Shown here piece by piece: positions 1-10,200 of a stretch of DNA of 64,000 nt. The position numbers and the translations under genes are program-made. The notes below the pieces were generated by a model. It ran no database searches. It saw only the letters and a list, made by a program, of their open reading frames with translations, and had not been told where the DNA came from. Numbering within the stretch: position 1 is the stretch's first letter; each line of letters starts with the position of its first letter. The stretch is taken from positions 11,209 to 75,208 of the forward strand of contig CAYFWV010000028.1 of NCBI GenBank assembly GCA_964346975.1. Direction: 5' to 3'. The DNA is from an uncultured Candidatus Bathyarchaeia archaeon. GTDB taxonomy: Archaea; Thermoproteota; Bathyarchaeia; Bathyarchaeales; SOJC01.

Positions 1-964
1 CGAATCCAAGATCTTGCAAGGCTTTGAGGAAATAGTTTCTGTTTTCCCAAACCTTCTTCACGTGTTCAGGCTCTGTTTCCAGCACATCAATGGCGGAGAT
101 GCAAGCTGCAGCTACTCCGGGAGGTACCCCACCGCTCAGGAGCCAGCTTCTCGACTTGTTGTAGGCAAAGTTCCGGAGATCTTTTCCTCCCGTTACGTGT
201 CCTCCTATGACTCCAAATGCTTTGGAAAAGGTCCCCATTTCCACATGAACCTGATCTCGATTCAAGTGGAAGTGCTCAACGATTCCGCGTCCTCCCTCTC
301 CAAGGATTCCTTCTCCGTGGGCGTCGTCCACGTAGACCCCCGCGCCATGTTCCTCCGCGATTTTCGCAATCTCTGAAAGCGGAGCAGTATCTCCATCCAT
401 ACTGAAGACGCCGTCTGTGATAATCCAGATCTGTTTGTAAGGTGGATCATGTTTCTCGGCTTCGTCCATGATTCGGGCGAGGTTCTCTGGATCTTTATGT
501 TTGAAGATAGCTCGATCTGCACGACTCAATCTCACTCCATCTATGATGGATCCGTGGTTGAGTTCGTCTGACACGAAGAGGTCTCCTTTTCCACACAGTT
601 GAGGAACCAATCCTTGATTGGCCATGAACCCTGTTTGGTAAGTCAAGGAGGCTGGGGCTCTTTTGAACTTGGCCAAGCGGCGATCCAGTTCCTCGTGCAG
701 CGTCATGTTGCCTGCAATGGATCGGTCACTGCCTGCCCCTGCGCCGAACTTTCTCGTTGCTTCTATCATTGCATTGACAACCTTGGGATGTGTAGAAAGG
801 TTGAGGTAGTTGTTGGCACAGAGCATGATGACTTGTTTGCCATCAATTGTGCAGACTGGCTCGCTTGCAGTCTGCAGTTCTTTCAGTTCCCAGTTCAAGC
901 TATCTTGGACGAGGCGTCTGTATTCTTCGCCCAAGTATTCTGTTGGATGTCGGTTTGCACACAA
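1..964 (-). CDS. kbl: 2-amino-3-ketobutyrate CoA ligase / glycine C-acetyltransferase (PLP enzyme); C-terminus runs off the left edge
   Basis: Not in the ORF track because it has no stop in the window. My minus-strand translation from TTG 962-964 gives LCANRHPTEYLGEEYRRLVQ..MLCANNYLNLSTHPKVV..ITDGVFSMDGD..YVDDAHGEG..GTFSKAFG (PLP-Lys motif), colinear with the Kbl/AONS family. AGAGGT lies 7 nt upstream. Sits directly downstream of tdh. Confidence 0.85.
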   Translation of the reverse strand, partial: MCANRHPTEYLGEEYRRLVQDSLNWELKELQTASEPVCTIDGKQVIMLCANNYLNLSTHPKVVNAMIEATRKFGAGAGSDRSIAGNMTLHEELDRRLAKFKRAPASLTYQTGFMANQGLVPQLCGKGDLFVSDELNHGSIIDGVRLSRADRAIFKHKDPENLARIMDEAEKHDPPYKQIWIITDGVFSMDGDTAPLSEIAKIAEEHGAGVYVDDAHGEGILGEGGRGIVEHFHLNRDQVHVEMGTFSKAFGVIGGHVTGGKDLRNFAYNKSRSWLLSGGVPPGVAAACISAIDVLETEPEHVKKVWENRNYFLKALQDLGF

Positions 965-1026
965 ATCGAGTACCTCTAGATTATTGTTTCCTCTATCCGA
1001 TTACCATTCTCTTAACTTTTACCACT

Positions 1027-2094
1027 CTACCATTCAGGCTTCAAGACCACCTTTGCTGCTGCTTTCTGTTTGATAAGTTCAATGCCTTCGCTGATATTAG
1101 CCATGGCCATTCTATGCGTGATGATAGACGCAATCTTGTCTTGGAAACTCTGCTTCGAAAGCAGTCCTTTTGCTTGGAACCATGTTTCAAACATGCGTCT
1201 ACCAGAGATTCCGTAGATCTTTGCTGCTTTGAAAACGATCGCACTGTTGACATCCAACGCGACAGGTTTGGCGAAGAGTCCAAGTAGTGAAACTCGTCCA
1301 CCTGGTGTTAGCATTCTGAAAGCTTGCTGCAATGCAGTTGAGGAACCAGACATCTCTAGAACAACATCAACACCATTCCCGTTGGTCTTGTCAAGAATCA
1401 TCTGGGGGATCTTCTCACCGTCCTCTTGAGCATTCAGGACTTCGTCGGCTCCCATCTTTGTGGCCAATTCCATCCGAACCTTGTTTGAGCCACCTGCCGT
1501 CGCAAAGATGCTGGCGGCTCCTAGTTCTCTGGCGACAGCTATTGCCATCAATCCAATTGGTCCACAGCCTAGAACTGCCACAGTCTTTCCAGCAACATCT
1601 TCAACGTTATCCTTGGGCAACACGGTCTGAATCGCGTTTCCCAACGGTTCTTGCATGGATGCTACTTCAGGGTCAAGATTCGGATCGTTTTTTCATGCGT
1701 TTCTTTCTGGTAAAGCCACATACTCTGCAAAGGCTCCATCTCTGTCCAATCCCAGGATTTCCAGATTCTGGCAAATGTGCATACGATCCGTTCTACATTG
1801 GTAGCACGTTCCATCAACGATGTGAGTTTCCGCGGAGACATAGTCTCCAATCTGGAGGCTCGTTACGCCCTTTCCAACATCAACTATGACACCGCAGAAC
1901 TCATGTCCCATGACCAATGGAAATTCCTTGATGCGATCACTCATTGACTTGTCCCAGTTCCAAACGTGCATGTCCGTGCCGCAGATTGAAGCGACCTTGA
2001 CCTTGACCATAACTTCATTTTGTTGAACTGTTGGTTGGTCCACAGTGGAGATCTCAGCACCTGGACCTGGTCTTGCTTTAACTATCGCATGCAT
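1027..2094 (-). pseudogene. tdh: L-threonine 3-dehydrogenase (Zn-ADH family) interrupted by one in-frame TGA at 1693-1695 (or a base-call error)
   Basis: Track ORFs 1693..2160 and 1027..1656 are in the same frame. Joined product MHAIVKARPG..ICGTDMHVWNWD..GHEFCG..ALPERNA*KNDPNLDPEVASMQEPLGNAIQTVL..GCGPIGL..KVVLKPEW is colinear with Tdh. ATG 2092-2094 is preceded by GGAGG. Confidence 0.85.
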
Positions 2095-2239
2095 CAGGCT
2101 TCTTCCTCCAAACATGTGGTTCAACGACGTGAAAGAGATAAATCCATTCGACGCTTCCACTAAAAAGCTTATCTAACTAACGTCATTCAGCTATTAGACT
2201 GCCTGTGTGAGAATAGCAGAGGTACATCGAGGAGACTCA

Positions 2240-3361
2240 ATGGTGAAACTTGGCTTCCTTGTCAACCCGATTGCTGGTATGGGAGGGAAAGTGGGACTGA
2301 AAGGAACAGATGGGATGGTTGAACAAGCAGTCAAAATGGGAGCTAAACCTGTTGCTCCGAGGAGAGGTCTTGAGTTCTTGGAACAACTCAAAGAGCTAGG
2401 ACTAGATCCTGAGACTACGTTTCTTACGTGCCCTGGTATCATGGGAGCACAGCTATTCGAATCCGGAGGCTTCAAGGCACGCGTCTTACCTATGAGAATC
2501 AGATCCCCGACTACCTCAACGGATACAAAGAGAGCAGCTCAGCTTCTGAGAGAGCACAACGTTGCCCTGATCTTGTTCGTCGGAGGCGATGGCACGGCCA
2601 GAGACATTCTTGATGCACTGACTGGTGCCAACACTCCGCTGGTACTTGGAATTCCATCAGGTGTGAAAATGTACAGTGGTGTCTTCGCAACCAGTCCAGT
2701 GGACGCAGCCTACGTTGTCGAAGCCTTTGTCAAGCAAGAAGCGGAGCTGGTGGATTACGAGATTGTCGACGTTGACGAAGACGCTGTGAGGAAGGACTGT
2801 TTCAACATGCGCCTCTATGGATTTCTGAAGGGGCCATTCCTGCCAACTCGAGTCCAAGGAAGCAAACAGGCAACCCCCGAAACTTTGCTTGAACAAGACA
2901 ACCAAGAAGCCGTAGCCCGCTTCATAGTTGAGGAGATGAATCCACAAGCCAGCTACATCCTTGGACCAGGAACTACTGTGAGATCCGTTGCCGACACGCT
3001 TGGAGTGGAGAAGACGCTTCTTGGCATTGATATTTACAGCAGGGGCAATATGTTGAAAGATGTTAACGAAGATCGAATTCTTCGCGAAATCAAGGATTGG
3101 GAAACTACCTGGATTATCGTCTCACCAATCGGGAAACAAGGAATCCTGTTCGGCAGAGGAAATCAACAGATTAGCCCGCGAATCATTCAGCTCGTTGGAA
3201 AGGACAGGATCATCGTTTTGGCCACTAAGGGGAAAATACGCGGGATCGAATCCAAGGTTCTGCGAGTCGATACGGGTGAAGAAACAGTCGATGCCATGCT
3301 GAAAGGATACGTGAGAGTAGCCACAGACTACCGTGAATGGCGACTCATGCGAATCGAATGA
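2240..3361 (+). CDS. ATP-NAD kinase-like protein (predicted NAD/diacylglycerol kinase fold, AcoX-like)
   Basis: MVKLGFLVNPIAGMGGKVGLKGTDG.. and ..LILFVGGDGTARD.. are typical of this kinase-like family. ATG 2240 is preceded by GAGGAG. Track ORF 2207..3361. Confidence 0.6.
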   Translation: MVKLGFLVNPIAGMGGKVGLKGTDGMVEQAVKMGAKPVAPRRGLEFLEQLKELGLDPETTFLTCPGIMGAQLFESGGFKARVLPMRIRSPTTSTDTKRAAQLLREHNVALILFVGGDGTARDILDALTGANTPLVLGIPSGVKMYSGVFATSPVDAAYVVEAFVKQEAELVDYEIVDVDEDAVRKDCFNMRLYGFLKGPFLPTRVQGSKQATPETLLEQDNQEAVARFIVEEMNPQASYILGPGTTVRSVADTLGVEKTLLGIDIYSRGNMLKDVNEDRILREIKDWETTWIIVSPIGKQGILFGRGNQQISPRIIQLVGKDRIIVLATKGKIRGIESKVLRVDTGEETVDAMLKGYVRVATDYREWRLMRIE

Positions 3362-3364
3362 AAC

Positions 3365-4618
3365 TCAGGCACCAGCCTTACTCATTCTCCCAAGAAGATT
3401 CATAAGAATCGGCATCAGATCCCTGCCTCGAATGCGGTGAAGCCCACCTTTTGCACAAGCTCTTTCACCGAACTCATCGATCTCATCGACGCGGACGTTT
3501 GGACCCATAATTGCCACAGGAACCGGTTCACCACTGTGCTCACCTTTCATCGAGGATGTTGTGTGATCAGCCGTTAGAGCGATGACAGTCTCATCTAGGT
3601 TAGCGTGATTCAAGATGTATTCCATCAAGGAATCTATGCCTTGGATAGCTTCCATTTTCTTCTTCGGATTATTATCGTGACCAGCGAGATCTGTCGCCTT
3701 CACATGGATAAGCACAAAATCGTAGGATTTCAATGCCCTAACTGCAGCTTCTGCCTTCGCATGGAAATCTGTCAAGTAGGTTCCTGTTGCGCCCTGAACT
3801 GCAAGCAGATGCATACCAGCCGTCTTGCACACGCCCCGAACGAGAGGTGAGACGGCGATAGCTGCAGGGAAAATATCATAAAGAAGCGGTAGGAGATCAA
3901 TCTCTGGTAGTTGCCCAACACCCCTGAAGAGCACAATGTTAGCCGGCAGCAAGCCTGCCCTGACTCTCTCAACATTCACAGGATGGTTCTTCAAGACCGT
4001 GTGAAGTTGCATCGTCAGCCTATTGAGTATCTCTGAGGTGTTGCGGGCTTCTGGACTACCATCCAATGGGTGAGCCTTCAACACCTCAACTCCAGTTTTA
4101 AGGGGATCGGTATCTGAAACCATGACAGAAAGGTTTGGGCCACTGAGACGAAGGATAGCTCGATGCTCAAGCGTGTTCCTGAACAAGATGCCTCCTACCT
4201 CAGGAGGATCGTCTCGGAGAGACGTATCAATAGCTTGAGTCAGTTTCTCAGCATCCTCATTGCTTATTCTTCCGGCGCGGCGATCTAAAATCCGGAGGTT
4301 CTCATCGACAGTTGCAAAGTTGCATCGAAACGCCAAGTCATTAGGAAGGACATCTATGAGAGATCCAATTGCTTCTAAAGCGCCCCTGCCTGAATAGACT
4401 TCCACCACGTCATATCCAAGAAGGGCAAGATGGGCAACATCACTTCCAGGTGGAATCCCTGGGTCAACAATATCTATGATGCCACATATCCCATGTTCCG
4501 CCACACGATCAAGAGCCGGCTTTCTCGCAGCTTCCAACGGAGTCTTTCCCCCCAATTCCTTGAGAGGCACATCCGCCATCCCATCGGCGATTACCAGGAT
4601 AGCTTTCAACACTCGCAC
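3365..4618 (-). CDS. apgM: cofactor-independent phosphoglycerate mutase, archaeal type
   Basis: 417 aa. N-terminus ILVIADGMADVPLKELGGKTPLEAARKPALDRVAEHGICG and overall colinearity with ApgM. Confidence 0.9.
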   Translation of the reverse strand: MRVLKAILVIADGMADVPLKELGGKTPLEAARKPALDRVAEHGICGIIDIVDPGIPPGSDVAHLALLGYDVVEVYSGRGALEAIGSLIDVLPNDLAFRCNFATVDENLRILDRRAGRISNEDAEKLTQAIDTSLRDDPPEVGGILFRNTLEHRAILRLSGPNLSVMVSDTDPLKTGVEVLKAHPLDGSPEARNTSEILNRLTMQLHTVLKNHPVNVERVRAGLLPANIVLFRGVGQLPEIDLLPLLYDIFPAAIAVSPLVRGVCKTAGMHLLAVQGATGTYLTDFHAKAEAAVRALKSYDFVLIHVKATDLAGHDNNPKKKMEAIQGIDSLMEYILNHANLDETVIALTADHTTSSMKGEHSGEPVPVAIMGPNVRVDEIDEFGERACAKGGLHRIRGRDLMPILMNLLGRMSKAGA

Positions 4619-4786
4619 ACTCCAGCCTCTCTTTGTTCATCTCCATAATTAGAATTACTGCTTCTCAACCTGCCGATTAGACAGCAGAATGTTCGCCGTC
4701 AGTGCACTTAAAACTCTATTGAATCCCGTTTCCAGTTCCAACCATGTTCACCTCTAGTTCCATGTGCTCGATCACCATCCTTTCAT

Positions 4787-5215
4787 CTATGTTTCAGCAT
4801 TGCGGCTGGGATCTTCTTTCAATGATCTAGCTAGAACAACGACGTTGTCCTTGATCTGATCAAAAATCTTCTGGACCACTCCATTTGAAGCAAAGTAAGG
4901 ATCATCAATATTCCAAACAACTATCTTCTCCGTGCATTTCTTGCACATTCTCAGAACGGCCTCTCTATGCCTGGATTCCATAGCAACAATCAGATCATAA
5001 CTTTGGAGATCTTTCGTATCCAACCCTTCAGGAATCGGTTTCAGAAAGCTGCGAGCATTCGCCTGAGTCAGATATCTCTTGGCTGCCATAGAGATTGGAA
5101 TCCCAGGACTCGTTCCCGCTGAGTCGACATCCAAACTACTATCCAGCTTTCTCAATATCGCCTCAGCCACCGGACTTCGATAGGCATTGCCTGAACAAAC
5201 AAACAGTATTCTCAT
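4787..5215 (-). CDS. low-molecular-weight protein-tyrosine phosphatase / ArsC-like
   Basis: MRILFVCSGNAYRSPVAEA carries the C-X5-R-S P-loop. Start taken at internal ATG 5213-5215 of track ORF 4787..5311. Confidence 0.8.
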   Translation of the reverse strand: MRILFVCSGNAYRSPVAEAILRKLDSSLDVDSAGTSPGIPISMAAKRYLTQANARSFLKPIPEGLDTKDLQSYDLIVAMESRHREAVLRMCKKCTEKIVVWNIDDPYFASNGVVQKIFDQIKDNVVVLARSLKEDPSRNAET

Positions 5216-5421
5216 AAAGCAACCGTATATTGTAGACGATCTTAAACCTGTTACTGCAGGAGACGAGCACCGAGGGCTTCGGCAGGGGGTTCTCAAGACT
5301 TTTGTACTCATCAGAGTCTATATATTCTGACCTCCAATGAGGCTTTCGATGAGTTTCGTCCATTTTTCGGGCACTCGCACCCTAAACGACAGCTTCATAA
5401 GGACTGGAGGCGAGAAAAAGT

Positions 5422-7053
5422 ATGGTTTCAACCTCAATGTTTGACCTTAGGAATTTTCCGAAAACTGCGGATAAGATTAGGGAGCAGGCGATTGAAGAAG
5501 ACAGGTTAATCAACAACCCTTCGATTGAGCAGCTCAGATTGCTTGTGGAGAGAGAGGTTGGCGTCAGGAAAACCGTGTTTGAGAGTTTCGTTGCTGAAAG
5601 CGAGCCTACTTCACGAGCCGCCATGTTCACCAAGAACAGTGTAGATTACGCTTTTGGAGAAGAGGAGGCAGAACTTCTACGCCAATGTGAGGAAGTCTTA
5701 GGCGCGGAAACTCTGATATCAATTGATCGAATCGTCGGCAACTACAGGAGCGAAACGAGTGTGAGGTTACTTGTGCCTTCACGTTTCGCCCACATCGCAT
5801 ATGGTGGCGGAAACCTCTTCTTACCCGTCAGAAAGGAAGTCGAACAACCAACGTATCAAGTTGTGTTCTTTGCTGACAGTGCGTTTGAATCCAATCGGTC
5901 AAAGAGTCTACCCCAGAAGGACATTATGATACGACTAGCCATGTTGGATGATGGACGAGTTGTCAAAGTCGTGCGAAACAGCAACTACGTAGGAGAGTTC
6001 AAGAAGGGAGTCTTTGCAGCGCAAGACTGGGTTGCCAAGAGCAGAAAAGGTGGGATTTTCCTCCATGCAGGCTGCAGAGAAGACTATCTGCAATCTGCCC
6101 ATGGCGACTATCAAAATGTCAGAACACTGCTGCTTGCCCTAAGTGCCAATGGGAAAACGACTCTGACGTGCCAGATCCTGGCCAGAAAGGGAAAAGAGAA
6201 ATCATGGATCGTCCAAGACGACGGAGGAACCTTGATGCCCGACGGATCTTTCCATGGTTTTGAAGCGGGAGGACTATTCGTAAAAACAGAAGACGTGAAT
6301 CCCGGAGAACAGCGAGAAATATTCTATGGACTACTGAAACCCGGAACCTTAATGGAAAATGTCCACGTCTCACCAGAGGCAGACCTTGACTTCTCCATCA
6401 TGGAGCGAACATCTAACGGACGAGCAGTCATACAGAGAAGAGATCTGATGCACGCCAGCTCCAACATCAACGTAGACAAGATTGACAATGTGATCCTGAT
6501 AACTCGAGGACCATTGATCCCTGCAATAGCCAGATTGACACGTGAACAAGCGGTGGCTTTGATGATTCTCGGACAAGCCACTGAATCCTCTGCTGGAGAC
6601 CCGACCCACGCCGGCGAACTTGCCAGCGAATTCTTCTATGATCCTTTTACCGCAGGTGATCAAGCGGAGCACGCCAACAGATTCTACCAAATCCTGAAGG
6701 GCCTCACTCACATCAACTACTTTCTTCTCAACACTGGAGGCGTCGGCGAAGGATCACGCTACAGAGAAATCTCTGTGAACCACACCGTTGCAATACTAGA
6801 TTCCTTGCTCAGAGGAGGCTTGGAAGACTGGATCGACTCACCCACAGGATTCAAAGTACCCAAAGCCATTCGAATGATTGATGACATCTATCTTCATCCT
6901 GAGAGATTATATTCTACGGAAGAATTCGAGAAATGGCAAAGGAAGCTCAACCGATTCAGACGCTACGCCATAGAGAAAATTGGGGATGCTCTGAATCCCA
7001 GTATAAAGAACGTTTTCAGTGGAGACCCAGGACCAGGCAGCGTAGAAAGCTAG
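5422..7053 (+). CDS. pckA: phosphoenolpyruvate carboxykinase (ATP)
   Basis: 543 aa. Segments YVGEFKKGVFA, LSANGKTTLT (kinase-1a-like), ILITRGPLIPAIARLTREQA and LLNTGGVGEG are colinear with PckA motifs. GGAGG lies upstream of the ATG. Confidence 0.75.
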   Translation: MVSTSMFDLRNFPKTADKIREQAIEEDRLINNPSIEQLRLLVEREVGVRKTVFESFVAESEPTSRAAMFTKNSVDYAFGEEEAELLRQCEEVLGAETLISIDRIVGNYRSETSVRLLVPSRFAHIAYGGGNLFLPVRKEVEQPTYQVVFFADSAFESNRSKSLPQKDIMIRLAMLDDGRVVKVVRNSNYVGEFKKGVFAAQDWVAKSRKGGIFLHAGCREDYLQSAHGDYQNVRTLLLALSANGKTTLTCQILARKGKEKSWIVQDDGGTLMPDGSFHGFEAGGLFVKTEDVNPGEQREIFYGLLKPGTLMENVHVSPEADLDFSIMERTSNGRAVIQRRDLMHASSNINVDKIDNVILITRGPLIPAIARLTREQAVALMILGQATESSAGDPTHAGELASEFFYDPFTAGDQAEHANRFYQILKGLTHINYFLLNTGGVGEGSRYREISVNHTVAILDSLLRGGLEDWIDSPTGFKVPKAIRMIDDIYLHPERLYSTEEFEKWQRKLNRFRRYAIEKIGDALNPSIKNVFSGDPGPGSVES

Positions 7054-7222
7054 CGACAGATGATGACAGACGCCTTGGACAGTGAGCAGGCACTAGGAGT
7101 CTCTAGAACTTTGTTCCAGAATCCTTAAAAGCTGTCGGAACTTTAAGCTTGATTGCTGATGGAGAAGGAGAAAGCTGCGAGTTAAGCCACTGAGAAGACT
7201 GGCTGTAGTAGTAGGTGTATTC

Positions 7223-10200
7223 TTGGTTATTGCAGCCAGTTCCATGGATCTGCGCTTGCTCTCAGTTTCAGCTCAACCTGTCTGGCCTCAGTCGTGGATA
7301 CAAATTGATTGGGACCGAAACGAGAATGGTGAAACTGATGATTGGCGGGACGTTGAAACCGCTCACTATCAATATGACGACGAGTACCTATACTTGAAGC
7401 TTGCATGCTATGGGTCGCCCGGCAGCGATTGGCCTACTCGAGATGCCAGGTACAAATGGTTCATTGATGATAGCGGCTACATGTATTATAGCGGTGGAAA
7501 CGTCTTCGACGCAGAACATCTGCTCTTTGTCGAAGACACAGATCATGACGGTGCCGGCGAAATGTACTTGCTCCATGACATTGACAATGACGATGATTTT
7601 GGGGACTATGAACCCTGGCCCACTGCAGGTTATGCGAGCTATGAAATCACAGACTCGAATGTGGGCGGCTGGAGAATCGTTGCTCCTAATCAGATCGAAA
7701 TGTACTTGGATTGGGCTTCACTCGGAAATCCTCCGGCTTATCAACTATTCTGGTCAACTGACCAACAGAATCCCAATCTCGATCAATCTCCCACAGCGGA
7801 TCGTATGGACGAGGAAGAACCACTACTAATCCACAACGTCGCGGCTACCGGTCAGGTCTCTACACCTTCAACCGTTAGGCAGGGAGAAAACGTGACGATT
7901 CAGATCTCAGTAGAGAACATGGGAACCCAAACAGAAACTTTCAATGTCACGAGCTACTTCAATAGCACAGTTCTCGCTACAAAACTCGTGACAAATCTGG
8001 CAGCAGGACAAAGCACAGTACTCACGTATTATTGGAACACGACAGGCATCCCTGTTGGAGTCTATTCAATAACAGGGTGGGCAGACTCAAGCGCAGCTAT
8101 AACTGAAACCAATGAAGACGATAACTGGTGCACTCAACAAGCTTCTGTGGATATTCAGCCTGCTCCAAAACATGACGTCGCTGCTACCTCTCAAGTTCCA
8201 GCGATGACAAGTGTGGTGCAAGGAACAGTGGTTGACATAAACGTCAGCGTTTCTAATTTGGGAGATTTCGATGAAACCTTCAACGTCACATGTTTCTATG
8301 GTCACAATGTGATAGGAGGGGAAACTGTAGTCGACTTGCCAGCTCAAACAGTTGCCAGCTTGGTTTTCTCGTGGGACACGACAGGTGTTCCATCAAACAC
8401 ATATTACATCCTGGCAATGGCTGATAGTAGCCGAATCATCCCTGAAACTGATGAAGCTAACAATAACTGCACAAGCCTCGAAACTGTGACGGTGTATTCA
8501 CCCGGAGAGGCTGGAAAACTCTTCGTAGATAAAGTCATCAGTGCTGTGGTAAGTGGACACGATCCTCCTGTGGTAGGATTTTCAACAACTTACGAGATGA
8601 CCATAATCGTGAGCAACACTGGAGGGAGCAGCGTCTTCAACATCATAGTCAATGAGACGATTTCAGATGTCTCCTATATTAGTGTAGGCACTCCAAGCCA
8701 GGGCACAATCCTCGCGGTGCCCCCTCCCAGAATAGAGTGGGATGTGGGAATGCTCCCTGTTGGCGGAAGCGCAACACTAACTTTCAGAATAGAAGCCAGT
8801 CCAGACTCCATGACTCCCCTGTATCTCAATCATAAGGAAGATCTCGTTGCTTCAGGAGTCGACTACCTGACCGGTAGCCCCGTGTCAGATACAGCCGACG
8901 AAGACATTATCGTAACCCCCATAATCCGCGACGTGGCTGCGACCAGCCAGATTCCAACGAGCACCCAAGTGCCACAGGGCGATACCATCACAGTACAGGT
9001 CACTGTTGAAAATCTCGGGAACACATCTGAGAGCTTCGATGTGACCTGCTCCTATGATGCCACGATCATCGGCGTCTTGAGAATCTTCAATCTGGGAGCA
9101 GGAAATCAAATCACCGTACCGTTCGCATGGGACACCACAGATGTCCAACCTGGAACCTATTCGATAACTGCAGAAGCTGACTCAAGCAATGAACTTGCTG
9201 AGACCGACGAAACAAACAACATTTGCACTTCACCAACGACTGTGCGGATTCTGATTAACGACATCTCCATAATCAGTCAAGCTCCATCACCCACCACTGT
9301 GACAGAGGGCGAAAACATCACTGTGCAAGCCGTTGTCAAGAATGAAGGAACAGAGCCTGCCTCATTCAATGTGAGTTGCTACAGCAACGAAACCCTGATC
9401 GACAAGCAGTCGGTTGTCAACCTCCAACCGAACATGACAATCACCGTAGAATTCATATGGAATACCACAGGGGTTCCGCATGGAATCTATTTCTTCAACA
9501 CGGTTGCCTCCGTTCTGCAAGATGAGAAAGAGACAGAAGACAATGCCTGCAGAAGCACGACAAGTGCAACCGTGCTTGCAGGGCAACATCAAGTCACGTT
9601 TGACCAGATAGGTGTCTCTTCAGACTTCACGGGTACAGTGGTTACAATTGATGGGGCCGACTACACGGTTGGCAGCTTGCCAATTGGATTCCTGTGGGAT
9701 TCAGGGTCAACTCATAGCTTCACCTTTGAATCACCTCTGATAGTGACTCCAGACGCAAAGCAGTATGCGTGGACAAGTACCACGGGACTGTCCACGTCAC
9801 AGAGTGATTCATTGATAGTGGCTAGCGCAGGCAACGTCACCGGCGTATTCCAGAGCCAATTCTACCTGACCGTCTCCTCTCCATACAGCACAACAGGTGG
9901 GGAAGGCTGGTATGATAGTGATAGCGTAGCATACGCCAGCGTTGACACCGCCCCAGTGGATCATGGAAATGGGACTCGCAGAGTATTCGAGGTCTGGAGT
10001 GACGATGGCTCTGGAACAGAGTATGACCAAAGTAACGGGATTCTAATGGATGAACCAAGAACTGCAACAGCAACCTGGAAGACCCAGTACTTTCTATTAT
10101 TGACGAAGACACTCGGCGGCTTCATCAACCCATCAATATCCGAATGGTGGGATGTCGGAAGTACAGTCACAGTCACAGCCACACCCCAAGTGAACTACTT

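Noticed and set aside
1693-1695. TGA in tdh as selenocysteine or as genome-wide TGA-to-Trp recoding
   Set aside because: The aligned residue is aromatic (Trp/Phe), not Cys. I see no SECIS-like element that I could defend. TGA terminates many conserved genes in this window at their expected ends.
14-1889. Plus-strand track ORFs (14..376, 217..405, 599..979, 810..1073, 847..1287, 1332..1889) over the kbl/tdh region
   Set aside because: They are antisense shadows. The minus strand encodes clear Kbl and Tdh homologues over the same nucleotides, and the plus-strand products are low-complexity or unrecognisable.
7058-7160. C/D-box sRNA candidate (ATGATGA at 7060, CTGA at 7155); similar candidates at 19010-19080 and 20127-20180
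   Set aside because: The box spacing is wrong: about 100 nt at 7058-7160, against 50-70 nt for archaeal C/D sRNAs. At the other two sites the C box is imperfect or no canonical CTGA D box is present. No internal C'/D' boxes or terminal stem are present.
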